A stretch of DNA of 64,000 nucleotides from sequence record NC_041974.1; one strand, given 5' to 3'. The first letter of the stretch is position 1. Every line of letters starts with the position of its first letter. Positions 50,744 through 60,783 of the stretch are shown piece after piece. The translations under genes were made by a program, and so were the position numbers. Under the pieces are notes generated by a model that made no database searches, had not been told where the DNA came from, and worked only from the letters and a program-made list of their open reading frames with translations.

Positions 50744-52001
50744 GACACCCGCATCGAAGGTTCCAAACCCGGTGCAGAACCCGGTGATCAAATCACCGGA
50801 GGTTAGAAACGAAGTGGTCGATTCCACTTATAACCCCCGTAAGTCGTTAATGACCTTTGTCGGGGGTTCGTCTTGGGTCATCACCTATTACAGTCAGGTC
50901 TTGGGTGAGGGCAGTGAACCCATGGCCTTGCAGCATGACGAGCAAGGGACCACACAGCAGTACCTGCGTATTCGTCGCAATGTCATGAAAGTCTCCACCC
51001 CGCTGAACCACAACCCCGAGAAAGACCAGGGGCAAATGGAAATCACCGGGGCCGGTTATCTGATGCCAGGGATTGTACCGAACCAAGGTGACATGTTTGT
51101 CGCCGATGTGGGTGATGGTCGTGCTGGACTCTTTACCATCAACGATATCGAGATCATGTCCATCTACAACGACACTGCGTATCAGGTGACGTATGAGATG
51201 ACGGACTTCTGGGATGCTGCTATCCAGAAGCTGCTCGATGACAAGACGGTGCAAGACACGGTCTATGACATGGACTTTGCCCGTACGGGTAAGAACCCGA
51301 TCATCGCCTCGGAAGACTTCTTTAACCGTGAGCGCATGATGGGACTGGAGGCCTCGTTAATCCATCACTTCTTCATGACGTTTTATGATAACGAGTTCAA
51401 CACCTTCTTACTCCCGGGGCAGTTGCGCACTACTTACGACCCGTACCATGCCCGGTTTGTGGATAAGTTGATTGACTACGATTCACGCCCAGGTCATGCC
51501 CGGGTTAACATCTACGACGAGTCACTCAAGGGTAATGCAAAACCCACGACGATCTGGGACCTGTTAGTTGCACAAGACCCGCTGATGTTTAAGTACATCA
51601 CCAAACAGATGCAAGTCTTGCCCGCGACGTACTTTCGCAGTGCCACCGCGCTGTACGGGGCAATTGCGTATGCAGGTATCTACGGGGTGGTCTATCCGGT
51701 CAGTACCGATATCTTCATTAATACCGATATCGCCATTCCAGTCACCCCCATCAACCCCTTGCTGTTCAGTGGGATTGGGATCAACAAGACCTACGTGTTA
51801 AGTGAGGCCTTCTATCTGCAGCAACCGCATCTGATGAGCGAACTGGAGCGGCAGGTGTATAACCTTATTACCGGCTTACCCATCAACGTGGAAAAGCTGA
51901 TCGATTTGGTGGATGCCTACTTCGAGGCAGCTCCATTGGTACAATACTACGCATTTCCTCTATTAGTGTGTTTGTGCCGAACCGCACGTTATCGTTTATA
52001 G
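50730..52001 (+). CDS. Virion structural protein (head-closure/neck candidate)
   Basis: Start at ATG 50730 (MAIAK); PGIVPNQGDMFVADVGDGRAGLFTI beta-barrel-like segment. Confidence 0.65.
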   Translation: MAIAKTPASKVPNPVQNPVIKSPEVRNEVVDSTYNPRKSLMTFVGGSSWVITYYSQVLGEGSEPMALQHDEQGTTQQYLRIRRNVMKVSTPLNHNPEKDQGQMEITGAGYLMPGIVPNQGDMFVADVGDGRAGLFTINDIEIMSIYNDTAYQVTYEMTDFWDAAIQKLLDDKTVQDTVYDMDFARTGKNPIIASEDFFNRERMMGLEASLIHHFFMTFYDNEFNTFLLPGQLRTTYDPYHARFVDKLIDYDSRPGHARVNIYDESLKGNAKPTTIWDLLVAQDPLMFKYITKQMQVLPATYFRSATALYGAIAYAGIYGVVYPVSTDIFINTDIAIPVTPINPLLFSGIGINKTYVLSEAFYLQQPHLMSELERQVYNLITGLPINVEKLIDLVDAYFEAAPLVQYYAFPLLVCLCRTARYRL

Positions 52002-52008
52002 GTGTTCT

Positions 52009-52638
52009 ATGACCCAGGTGATACATAGCACGGAATTTCTAAAGAGTGAACTGGAGCGTTTACAAGTGGTGCTGTTCGAGTGCCGCTATGAATGCCGTAT
52101 CCGCCAACGCGATCTCTACGATGTTGACTATCTGCAAAACGTGGGACTGCCATCATCTGGGATAGCTTGGCTCGATCAGGAGATGGACAACCAGTTAGTG
52201 GATATGTTCCTTACCATTAACAAGATGACCGAGTGTGTGAAGAACGGGTATAACTTCTACATCAACTACCCGGAGACCTACGCAGGGATCATCTACAAAG
52301 CGATCACCGACTACATCCGCTATTACGGCGAGCTCTCGGACCGTTTCCCGAACTTACCGTTACCGGATCAGGACGACTTTGAGATCCTGGACCAGACCGC
52401 GAGTAAGATCTATACAGTCTATCGCTGCTATGAGAAACCGGAAGAACTCTCGGGGATTGTCGGTCGTCTGCGCCGACGTCGTCGCTCCTTCGATCTGCAG
52501 AACCCGGTGGCCGAAGTTGAGCTGCAGCGTGATGAAGACGGTAACGTGATTGCGAAGGAACATAACTCGATGCTGGATATGTTTGCTGATCGCATGACCG
52601 TGAAGAGGATTCCAAAGCATGAATTTGGAGAAGAGTAG
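52009..52638 (+). CDS. Conserved hypothetical protein (phiKZ gp100-like by synteny)
   Basis: 209 aa in operon. Confidence 0.65.
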   Translation: MTQVIHSTEFLKSELERLQVVLFECRYECRIRQRDLYDVDYLQNVGLPSSGIAWLDQEMDNQLVDMFLTINKMTECVKNGYNFYINYPETYAGIIYKAITDYIRYYGELSDRFPNLPLPDQDDFEILDQTASKIYTVYRCYEKPEELSGIVGRLRRRRRSFDLQNPVAEVELQRDEDGNVIAKEHNSMLDMFADRMTVKRIPKHEFGEE

Positions 52639-53980
52639 TCTTTATAATGAAATCATCGCGATCGGGACCAAAGGCGGGCGCAGTGTCTACCGAATAAAGG
52701 CGGAGATCTTTTTTGATACCACCGTCTGTTCGGTATTCCGGGTACGCAGCCTCAATCGCTTTGATGACTTCATGAATCGCTACAGTGAAGAGCTGAACAT
52801 TGAAGTGGCAATGTCGGAGGGGGTGTACAACCAACAGATCATCCCCAATGCCACGCGGCTTAAGATGCACCTGGTGATTAACAAGTACGAACCGGGACAA
52901 GAACCCGTCAGTACGCGCTACACACTTCGGGTGTTTCCTAAAACGGGATATGACCCGCAGCTGACACAACAACGGGCCGCGGATATCAACCAGGCTGCGA
53001 TTGCTGCAACCTCCTTGCAGTTCTATCAGTTCCAGTTGTTTACCTCTGCGATTGAACAACTCAGTGCAACGCCGTGTGCCGGGATCTTTCCTACTACCTC
53101 ACCGGCGGCGTTAATTCGGGTGTTACTAGGCGGGGTGTCGGAAGGGCTGGAGTTACCGTTAGAGGAAAAGCCGCTGGGGATGGAGATGTACCCGGTGGAT
53201 GCGGTGACGCCAGATGGCAAAGAGATCATCAAGAACCATGTGGTGGTCAAGCCGATTCAGTTGTGTGACTTGCCGGGCTTTCTGCAGCATGAGTACGGGT
53301 TGTACAAGACAGCGATTGGGTCGTATTACCATAAGCAGTATTGGCACATCTGGCCGCTCTATAACACCAAACGGTTTGAACTGGTGCGCAAGAACCTGAT
53401 TGTAGTCAACGTTCCTAAGGATAAGTTCCCCAACATGGAACACACCTACGAGATGCGTGGCTCGAGTCTGTGTGTCTTGGCGACCGGTGATACTGCAGTG
53501 CACGACACGTCGAACCTGGCGCAATACCAGGAAGGCAATGGCGTCAGAGCAACCCGGTCCTCTGCGATGAGTGGTGATGAGGGGATGGAGGTGAAGCAGG
53601 GGCAAGTGGTGCTGCAGCGTGGTGCGACTAACTCTGAGTTCATTACCAATACCCGTCAAGGTGCAGTTAACTTCGCCCCCATGGCTGGCGAGATCACGGA
53701 CAACAGTTATCGCATTGTGTCAAAGACCGCAGTTAATAACGGATCTACCATTCAGGTGACCTGGCAGAACGCCGACCCTGAGCTGATCTTCCCTGGCATG
53801 CCGGTGAAGTACCTCTACATGAAGTCGACGGGTGTTGAACAACGCTACGGGACGCTGGTGATGGCAGAGGCGCATTATCGACTGGCACAGGACGGGTTAG
53901 CTGATGAGGTGATGTTGTGTGATATGGCCTTAACCTTGTTCATTGATACTACCGACGAAACCGCCAACAGTTCATTGTAA
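52619..53980 (+). CDS. Baseplate hub candidate (phiKZ gp101-like; T4 gp27-like)
   Basis: 453 aa; TIQVTWQNADPELIFPGMPVKYLY C-terminal OB-like pattern; synteny. Confidence 0.6.
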   Translation: MNLEKSSLYNEIIAIGTKGGRSVYRIKAEIFFDTTVCSVFRVRSLNRFDDFMNRYSEELNIEVAMSEGVYNQQIIPNATRLKMHLVINKYEPGQEPVSTRYTLRVFPKTGYDPQLTQQRAADINQAAIAATSLQFYQFQLFTSAIEQLSATPCAGIFPTTSPAALIRVLLGGVSEGLELPLEEKPLGMEMYPVDAVTPDGKEIIKNHVVVKPIQLCDLPGFLQHEYGLYKTAIGSYYHKQYWHIWPLYNTKRFELVRKNLIVVNVPKDKFPNMEHTYEMRGSSLCVLATGDTAVHDTSNLAQYQEGNGVRATRSSAMSGDEGMEVKQGQVVLQRGATNSEFITNTRQGAVNFAPMAGEITDNSYRIVSKTAVNNGSTIQVTWQNADPELIFPGMPVKYLYMKSTGVEQRYGTLVMAEAHYRLAQDGLADEVMLCDMALTLFIDTTDETANSSL

Positions 53981-53995
53981 TTAGTGACATTCATC

Positions 53996-54029
53996 CCTAG
54001 TCTTATGAGCTCCTGGCTCATAGGCTAGG
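53996..54029 (+). terminator. Hairpin ending structural operon
   Basis: CCTAGTCTTATGAGC-tcctg-GCTCATAGGCTAGG. Confidence 0.6.
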
Positions 54030-54042
54030 ATGGATTTATTCT

Positions 54043-54056
54043 TAGACCTACATTAT
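54043..54056 (+). promoter_or_regulatory. Putative phage early promoter
   Basis: TAGACCTACATTAT right after the hairpin, ahead of the accessory cluster. Confidence 0.65.
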
Positions 54057-54089
54057 CGAGATGATCCAATAAATTATAAGGACTTCACC

Positions 54090-55568
54090 ATGAGTCGCAA
54101 TTTCTCGTTGACCACCCTCATCAATCTCCTTCAAGCTGAGCTCGATTGGTACTCTACCCAGTTTCCTGAGTTTGAAGCCGATGTGCTGGACATTGTTAAT
54201 AACACCATAAGCGGTAAGTTAACCGCCAGTGACTTTGGCTGGACGTATAATCGCCTGATCTCTAAGTTCGGTCTGGTGATGCAGGATACCGGTAACCCGC
54301 GGGCAAGGTTCTTGCGCTGCATCGTACCGAATAAGTTCCACGGTATTATCCCACAACTGCAGAGCATTCGTAATTACGGTGATCAACACATCGACCGTGA
54401 TCACATCATGGCCAGTGCTGTAGAGATCTTGTTGGGAAATTCCGTCGCCCCGATTATCAGCAGTTTTTATAAAAGCATCAAACAGGGTGGTGATAGTGCG
54501 CCATGGGAGCGTGAAGGCTATTATGAACTGTTGTATATGCGCCTGCGCAACAACCGCCATCAATTCCCTTCAGGCTTTCAGGTACTGCAACCCCAACCGC
54601 GCTTGACGGATGAACTCTCCACTGAGATCTATCGTCGCTTTGATGAGATTGTCGGTACCCTGGAGAAGTTTAACAGCGACCCACAATACGCGTCAGAGAA
54701 CTACACCCTGCATGGTCTGCAAGATCCGTGGACTCATGCCGGGACTCGGGGCGATACCATGGCAGCGAAGTTGTGCCGTGCAATTGATGGTGAACGCCCC
54801 CACCACTATGACGAAGATGAAGACGAGGAGCTTTCGTTTAACCTCACGCCCTATAACCCGGAAGCGGATTTAGTGAGCACGCTGAATAACGTGCATCATC
54901 TTCAGCCGATTGTGAAAGCCATCGTCAGTGCGGCCGCCACCAAAGAGTCTATTGATGAACGTTACCCGTTTCGTCAACCTCACGGTGTGCTTCAGTTGGT
55001 GCAGAAAGGTTACTTCGATGGCCTGACCCCAAAACACCTCAACGAGATCTACAGCACCGATCTCACTATCCCTGCGATCCACAACGTATTAAGTAAGGTA
55101 ACTTACTATAGTCGCGATGACCATGCGCAGCTTGAACTCGACCAGAACGGCAACATTCCTGATCGTCAAATCAACCCGGTGATCACTAACTTTAACCAAG
55201 CTCTAAACCGTACATACCCAACCAATATCCCGTTACTGACCATTCCAATGCCGGTGGCCATGAACGAAGAGCTCGACTTTGCAGCCCTCGCGAAAACCGA
55301 GATCAGAAACTATAACCGGGATGGGTATCTGTGGTTGTTGCTCGGTATCGTCTTTGACATCAGTAAGATGACCGTGACGTATCGCCGTCAGCTGAACCGC
55401 ATCAAAGGCGTGCCGTTACGGAAGGTGTGGGAATTGCCTCTGATCGTCACACCGCATCGCACCATCGAAGAGATCTTTGCTGATCTTGGTTATGAAATCT
55501 TAGAGGTAACTGATCCAAATGCCAAAACAGAAGCTCCAGTTCGAAAACCTGGTGGCAAGCGTAAATGA
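54090..55568 (+). CDS. Hypothetical protein with basic C-terminal tail
   Basis: RBS TAAGGA before ATG 54090 (54030 start overlaps the promoter); ends PVRKPGGKRK. Confidence 0.75.
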   Translation: MSRNFSLTTLINLLQAELDWYSTQFPEFEADVLDIVNNTISGKLTASDFGWTYNRLISKFGLVMQDTGNPRARFLRCIVPNKFHGIIPQLQSIRNYGDQHIDRDHIMASAVEILLGNSVAPIISSFYKSIKQGGDSAPWEREGYYELLYMRLRNNRHQFPSGFQVLQPQPRLTDELSTEIYRRFDEIVGTLEKFNSDPQYASENYTLHGLQDPWTHAGTRGDTMAAKLCRAIDGERPHHYDEDEDEELSFNLTPYNPEADLVSTLNNVHHLQPIVKAIVSAAATKESIDERYPFRQPHGVLQLVQKGYFDGLTPKHLNEIYSTDLTIPAIHNVLSKVTYYSRDDHAQLELDQNGNIPDRQINPVITNFNQALNRTYPTNIPLLTIPMPVAMNEELDFAALAKTEIRNYNRDGYLWLLLGIVFDISKMTVTYRRQLNRIKGVPLRKVWELPLIVTPHRTIEEIFADLGYEILEVTDPNAKTEAPVRKPGGKRK

Positions 55569-55914
55569 TTTCGCTGGTCAACTGGGTCAGGTAGCTGTGC
55601 TGATCGAAGGCTTTGATGGGGGCGCTAAGCGCCCCTACTTAGCGTTTGCTCTCCATATGCTCCTTTCATCAGACGCGTCCGAGCGACTGGGTGCCGGTTG
55701 GTACCTGTTACTCATTCGGGCTATGTACAACGAACTCGGCCATGAGTTCACTGCCGTTGATGAGTTAGACGACTTCATCGATACTTTTTATGACTTGTTT
55801 GATGCACACAACATCGAACTGAACGACGCCGTCGTGAACGAATTGAATATCGCTTTCGACATGTTTGAAGAGTCACTCGACCTGGGTGATGCCACCGACG
55901 AGTATGACGACTAA
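55519..55914 (+). CDS. Acidic hypothetical protein
   Basis: 131 aa, RBS GAGGT. Confidence 0.7.
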   Translation: MPKQKLQFENLVASVNDFAGQLGQVAVLIEGFDGGAKRPYLAFALHMLLSSDASERLGAGWYLLLIRAMYNELGHEFTAVDELDDFIDTFYDLFDAHNIELNDAVVNELNIAFDMFEESLDLGDATDEYDD

Positions 55915-55943
55915 TTCCCATCCTTAATTAACCGAGACGTAAA

Positions 55944-56165
55944 ATGAAAAAGAACATCCTACTGGCTGTGGTCCTGCTGTCTGCATTTCCTTCTGTAAAG
56001 GCATCCATGGATGTCCCGCCAGACCCGTACACCATTCAGTGTTTATCGGAGACTGAATGCTTTTATGCTAATGGACGTAAAGTGACTGAGCAGGAACTTC
56101 AGAAACTGGCGCTCCTGATTCAACAAGAGGAACAAAATGAGTCAAGTCAAAACAATGACGGCTGA
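55944..56165 (+). CDS. Small secreted protein with CxxxxxC pair
   Basis: Signal peptide MKKNILLAVVLLSAFPSVKA; QCLSETEC. Confidence 0.65.
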   Translation: MKKNILLAVVLLSAFPSVKASMDVPPDPYTIQCLSETECFYANGRKVTEQELQKLALLIQQEEQNESSQNNDG

Positions 56166-56919
56166 AGAGATCAGAAAGGCGATGTGGGTTTATGATGCAT
56201 TGTCTAACAGCCACCGTGGTCTGTATGTCAAAGCAGAAGGTCCGGATGGTTCGGGTAAGTCAACCTTTGTGAAACTGTTAACGGAATGGTTACAGACACA
56301 GTTAGGTAACAGCCGGGCGGTGATGACCCGTGAAATGGGCGGCACTGCACAAGGTCGTGTCTTTCGTGAAATGGTGCTCTTCCCTAAAGAGACCCAAGAG
56401 CTGGATCTGCAAACTGAAACGCTGCTGTGTTGGGCTGATCGGGTTGAAGGTCAGAAGCAAGTTAAAGCCTGGTTAAACGCCGGGATCGCTGTGGTTCAGG
56501 ATCGCACCTACTTCTCCACCTACGCTTATCAAGGCATGCTGTACGGACAGTCACCGTTGGTAAGCAAGATTCATTCCGGCCTGGACATCATGAACGCGGA
56601 TATCGTGTTTGTGTTGGACGTTGACCCAGAAGACATTCTGGCACGCGTAGGTCGTCGTGAAGCAAAGGGTAATGAAGATCCAACGGGTAATGACCGGATG
56701 GATGTGATGACCGACCGGCAGCTAAAAGACCTCTGCTACTTTTACCGAGGTATTGAGCACCAGATGCCCGCCTGTGCCAATATCAAACAATCTAAAGTCA
56801 TCCACCTGGATGGCCGGCAAACGCAGGAGCAACTGCTGCAGGATGCCATTGTTCACTTAACCCGTTTTCTGGATGAGAAGGAACGCGAAGCAAATGACCT
56901 CTGTCGTGCTATTTGCTAA
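56137..56919 (+). CDS. tmk: Thymidylate kinase
   Basis: P-loop EGPDGSGKST; TREMGGT; QDRTYFSTYAYQG; DIVFVLDVDPE. Confidence 0.92.
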   Translation: MSQVKTMTAEEIRKAMWVYDALSNSHRGLYVKAEGPDGSGKSTFVKLLTEWLQTQLGNSRAVMTREMGGTAQGRVFREMVLFPKETQELDLQTETLLCWADRVEGQKQVKAWLNAGIAVVQDRTYFSTYAYQGMLYGQSPLVSKIHSGLDIMNADIVFVLDVDPEDILARVGRREAKGNEDPTGNDRMDVMTDRQLKDLCYFYRGIEHQMPACANIKQSKVIHLDGRQTQEQLLQDAIVHLTRFLDEKEREANDLCRAIC

Positions 56920-57205
56920 TGTGACCGAACCGCTGTTACTGAAACTCAAAGAGGTGAATGAAGCGGTTGACCTCGAGTGGTTGATTGAACAGGGTAAGAT
57001 GGTCAGTCTTATTCGTAAGAACGTCGTGCGTGCTGAACGTGACGACGGTGCGTCTGTGCATGTGATGGTGTTTCCCCGCGAGTATCTTCTGAACCTCGCT
57101 GACCGCCATGACGATGCGCAATATCAGGCCTGGTTAATCGAAAGCAAGATCAAGCCTTTTAAAGAGCATTACGCTCACGGTAGTCTCAGTATGTACGTGT
57201 ACTAA
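56894..57205 (+). CDS. Hypothetical protein
   Basis: About 103 aa, overlaps tmk stop. Confidence 0.6.
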   Translation: MTSVVLFANVTEPLLLKLKEVNEAVDLEWLIEQGKMVSLIRKNVVRAERDDGASVHVMVFPREYLLNLADRHDDAQYQAWLIESKIKPFKEHYAHGSLSMYVY

Positions 57206-57214
57206 CTTTAAGCA

Positions 57215-57244
57215 GGAGTAAGGAAACTTACTCCGCTTATGCCA
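57215..57244 (+). terminator. Hairpin followed by TTATGCCA
   Basis: GGAGTAAG-gaaa-CTTACTCC-gc-TTATGCCA. Confidence 0.75.
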
Positions 57245-57268
57245 ATTTAATTTAACCGGACGTGTATC

Positions 57269-57679
57269 ATGAAATTAGGCTTTTATTACGCATTAGTAAA
57301 GAACCATGTGTCAGGTAAACGTGAGATCTTATCTATCCAACGTGAGAGTGTCGCAGAACTCTTCCCAGTGTGTTATACGCGACTCTGTAAAGAGATTGAG
57401 GAAAACCACAGTGGTAAGTACGAAACCTCAGCATTGGCCTTTGGTGCGCTTAAAATCGAGTATCATGCAGCCAGTCAGTTGGGAACGGTATGGATTGGAC
57501 ATACCAAGGTCGGAATCATTACCCCGAAAGCCACGTTGATCTCGGTAGGCGTGGAGTATCCGATTGGGACTTTCTATTTATCCCCACCACCAAGTCTGCA
57601 GATTGGTGACCCGGAATTGATTCAGTTACGGGATGTGGTGGCCAGTGTAATTGGCGATGCAACATGGGTGATGAACTAA
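57269..57679 (+). CDS. Hypothetical protein
   Basis: 136 aa; TAATG coupling to next gene. Confidence 0.65.
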   Translation: MKLGFYYALVKNHVSGKREILSIQRESVAELFPVCYTRLCKEIEENHSGKYETSALAFGALKIEYHAASQLGTVWIGHTKVGIITPKATLISVGVEYPIGTFYLSPPPSLQIGDPELIQLRDVVASVIGDATWVMN

Positions 57680-58176
57680 TGGCGAAGATCAATGTCTCGA
57701 ATGCCACGACCTATAAGTTCTTTAAAGAACGTGCAAGCCATACACTGCGTCAGTTTGCCCAAGATCTTGATCCGGGTATTCTGCCAGTCGTAAGAGAGCT
57801 TAACGCAATAGAAGGGATCGCCCCTGTCTGGAGTTGTGAGTCACACCCTAAAGGCAAAAGTACGGCTGACCGTGACGCTTACGTTACTTGTGTGGTCACC
57901 GGCCGTGGAATGGATAAGATAGAAGAGATCTACAAAGAGTGGATGCGGTTGCTAGACCAAGATCAATTATCCTGGCATAGTGGCGACAGTGCTCAACGGC
58001 GCAGAAAACGAGTGTATGCTCACCAGGTAATGATCAAAACACGCCGCCGGACTTGGCCCGATGATTTCTCTCGCCATTATATTTCGGTGTGGCTGGGGTA
58101 TAGCGGGGTCAATGCTCTCAACAAGCGCTTGGTGCTTCTGTCGTTTGAACAAGCTATCCGTAACGTAACCTTTTAA
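57679..58176 (+). CDS. TYW3-like N-terminal motif protein of unknown function
   Basis: LDPGILPVVRELNAIEGIAPVWSCESHP resembles the D..I..l...lN...g..T..SC.G(H/R) signature. Confidence 0.5.
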   Translation: MAKINVSNATTYKFFKERASHTLRQFAQDLDPGILPVVRELNAIEGIAPVWSCESHPKGKSTADRDAYVTCVVTGRGMDKIEEIYKEWMRLLDQDQLSWHSGDSAQRRRKRVYAHQVMIKTRRRTWPDDFSRHYISVWLGYSGVNALNKRLVLLSFEQAIRNVTF

Positions 58177-58183
58177 ACTTAAT

Positions 58184-58240
58184 CGGCATAACCCCCTGAG
58201 AGAGAAGCGCAATGCTTCTCTCTCAGGGATGCCTGAATCT
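58184..58240. terminator. Long hairpin terminator with CGGCATAA flank
   Basis: CCCTGAGAGAGAAGC-gcaat-GCTTCTCTCTCAGGG; downstream T run. Confidence 0.75.
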
Positions 58241-58370
58241 CTTTTTTTTTAGTCTGGTTAAATATAGTGGATAGAGAATTAACTTGAATAACAAAAAATA
58301 AAGCAAAGTAATATCAACGCCGGTAAGGGCTACAACAGTTGTTCTAATTTTCAGGCACGTAGCCTAGGAG

Positions 58371-58409
58371 AAAAAAAAAGGAGGAAGCAGCTTATCCAGT
58401 TACTTCCTC
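58371..58409 (-). terminator. Terminator of dnaB transcript
   Basis: Minus strand GAGGAAGTAAC-tggataa-GCTGCTTCCTC followed by C and T9. Confidence 0.65.
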
Positions 58410-58450
58410 AAAAACGTTATTTCTCGTCGTCCCCATTCTGGGACATAGTA

Positions 58451-59983
58451 TTACCCAAACCACGGAGCTCCACCGCCATCAGAGTTTGTCTCTCCGGCAA
58501 CGTGCTTACGGGATTTGTCCTTTCCATTCACATCATCAAGAATACCGACTCCAGGTTCGAACTTGTAAACGCAATATTTATCACGCTCAGGTGTAATCGA
58601 AATGGTGCGATGCTTACCGCGCTGAATGCACAGATAAGACTCTTCACCAACACGGACAATATGGATAATCATTTCCACATCGACTTCTTGGTCGATCTTG
58701 GTACAGTTATCCCAATAACCTTTATTCGCTGTTTCGCGTGGAAGGTCTTCTTCGAGACCGTTACGGACCAGCATCTTCGCAGCAGGACTCAACTGATGCG
58801 GAGTAATGACACAGATACCACGAGCAGATGTAAAGTTACGGACACGACGGAAAAGATCACGGTACTCTTGTCCCGCAACACCTTTCTCGCAACCTTCTTT
58901 ACTGAACATCCCCAGGTAGTCGATGGTTAATAGATGAATCTCATAGCCCATGTTCTCAAAGTGCTTGATACGCTCAAAGAGATTACGGTAACCAAACTGC
59001 GATGGGTTAACACGACAGAAGTTGACTTCATAACCGTTAATAGACAAGGCGGCTAAGACTTCACGGGCTGCTTCCGCTTCATCTACTGTCTGATGGTTAT
59101 GATCCAGGCCATCGATGTTTGCTTTGATCTTCTTCCACCACAGAACCATGTTGTCGGTCATGTTGTTTTCAGAAGAGATGTGCATGATCATCGGTTTCTT
59201 CTTCGGATCACGCATGTACGGTTTGTTAAAGGTGGCGATCTGACGTGTCAGGTCCATGGTGAAGCCGGTCTTGTTGTTGTGCTGCAATGCACCAATCAAG
59301 ACGAACTCACTGCGACGGAACCCGCCCACTTCACCCAGCATACGGTTGATACCGGTGTAACCTGTCTTTAATACCCCAAGCGTAGAAGACTCTTCTTTCG
59401 CTTGCTTAAAGATCTTACCCACTTCTTCCAGGTTACTGACTGTAATGTCAGAGATCACCGCTGGGTCAAACTGTTCAGAGACACCGATGTTAACCGTTTC
59501 GATCTCTTCTAAGAGCTTGACCACCGCAGAATCCATGTCGATGTCTTCACCGCCAAAGATGATAGGTGCTGCAAACCGCTTGATGATAGCCTTCGCCCGA
59601 CGGTGCTGATCCCACTTACGCAGTTCACGTCCAATGGCAACCACAGACTGTTTGGCTTTGTAAGGATCATCCTCGGTGCTGCTGACACCCATTTCTAAGG
59701 CTTGGTAAGTTGCCGCGTCATGGCCGCAGTCAGTTAACAAGCGTTGAAGCAGATCAGTTTTATCCAGTGGTTGATTCTTAGGACGACTAATCATCCAACG
59801 AATAGTACGGCGTAAAGCCAGCTGTACATTGCGGGATTCGTCATCACCTGTACCTTCAACAGGGGTCGGAATGTTATCCAGGAGTTCATCAACGAACTCA
59901 CTGCTGTCATCGCTGTCAGTGCCAACAATGGACTCTTGATAAAATAACGTAATAATCTTTATGAGTAATAGAACGGTTTCCAT
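58451..59983 (-). CDS. dnaB: DnaB-like replicative helicase (phiKZ gp118-like)
   Basis: LKTGYTGINRMLG; Walker A-like GALQHNNKT; Walker B LTIDYLG; TPHQL; IDQEVD; RGKHR; start at ATG 59983 with GAGGGG RBS. Confidence 0.88.
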   Translation of the reverse strand: METVLLLIKIITLFYQESIVGTDSDDSSEFVDELLDNIPTPVEGTGDDESRNVQLALRRTIRWMISRPKNQPLDKTDLLQRLLTDCGHDAATYQALEMGVSSTEDDPYKAKQSVVAIGRELRKWDQHRRAKAIIKRFAAPIIFGGEDIDMDSAVVKLLEEIETVNIGVSEQFDPAVISDITVSNLEEVGKIFKQAKEESSTLGVLKTGYTGINRMLGEVGGFRRSEFVLIGALQHNNKTGFTMDLTRQIATFNKPYMRDPKKKPMIMHISSENNMTDNMVLWWKKIKANIDGLDHNHQTVDEAEAAREVLAALSINGYEVNFCRVNPSQFGYRNLFERIKHFENMGYEIHLLTIDYLGMFSKEGCEKGVAGQEYRDLFRRVRNFTSARGICVITPHQLSPAAKMLVRNGLEEDLPRETANKGYWDNCTKIDQEVDVEMIIHIVRVGEESYLCIQRGKHRTISITPERDKYCVYKFEPGVGILDDVNGKDKSRKHVAGETNSDGGGAPWFG

Positions 59984-60011
59984 TATGCCCCTCGTTATAA
60001 GGTAATTAACC

Positions 60012-60641
60012 ATGTACAATGAAAAGTTGGTAATTGTGCCAGCGCCAATCCTTCGGGCTATTCACAATGCAAAAGAAAGTGAAGCAATTTTAACGTGTCC
60101 GAAAAGAATGCTTTCCATATTATCCAGACGTGATGTCATTTTCTACTACGTGGTGAATACTCTTCTTTGTGACTATTCCTATAAAGCAGACCCAGCCAAC
60201 CCAGAACCACCATTGGTGTCGGCACTGCGGGATCTGTTGTCACACACTAACGGCGTAATGAATGCCTTTACCTCGCCGGCGTGGGTTGCGTTTGTTGATG
60301 AGAACGACGCTGATATCCAAAGCGAGCGTCGACTGAAAGCGCGTAGTATCTATGAGTACCTGACTGGTGAACCGTATGCATGGAATTCAACAGAAGGTGA
60401 CGATTCTTTAAGCTATATCTATGACACCCAGGCGAAAGTCGTGGGAGGTGAAGCCGTTGCAGTGTTGATTAATGCTGTGAAGGAGAACGATAGTTACAAT
60501 ATCATCAGTCATCAACGTTTATTCGAACAAACCATTCTGGCGTTCACTACACTGACAGCAGACACCAAAAGCTTTGCTTCCCTTTATAAAGGCTTTTGTG
60601 AACTGGTTTACCAAGACTCGCTAATCCGACGTTTTGTGTAA
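60012..60641 (+). CDS. Conserved hypothetical protein preceding MCP (phiKZ gp119-like)
   Basis: 209 aa; divergent from dnaB; synteny. Confidence 0.7.
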   Translation: MYNEKLVIVPAPILRAIHNAKESEAILTCPKRMLSILSRRDVIFYYVVNTLLCDYSYKADPANPEPPLVSALRDLLSHTNGVMNAFTSPAWVAFVDENDADIQSERRLKARSIYEYLTGEPYAWNSTEGDDSLSYIYDTQAKVVGGEAVAVLINAVKENDSYNIISHQRLFEQTILAFTTLTADTKSFASLYKGFCELVYQDSLIRRFV

Positions 60642-60783
60642 GAATCTATGTAATAGTATGTAAATTGCCATTTCGATGGCGGCGTACTGTTATGACCGTG
60701 TGTTAGCGCGACACAACCCCCTGTTTATGTACATAGACAGGTAATATCGAAAACTTATATAAGTTATTGAAGGAAACAACGAA

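Noticed and set aside
52304-53059. 251-aa antisense ORF
   Set aside because: Overlaps two conserved sense genes; no recognisable features
58241-58450. AT-rich intergenic stretch as tRNA or ncRNA
   Set aside because: No cloverleaf or TTCGA/CCA signature; explained by convergent terminators and a 9-codon ORF
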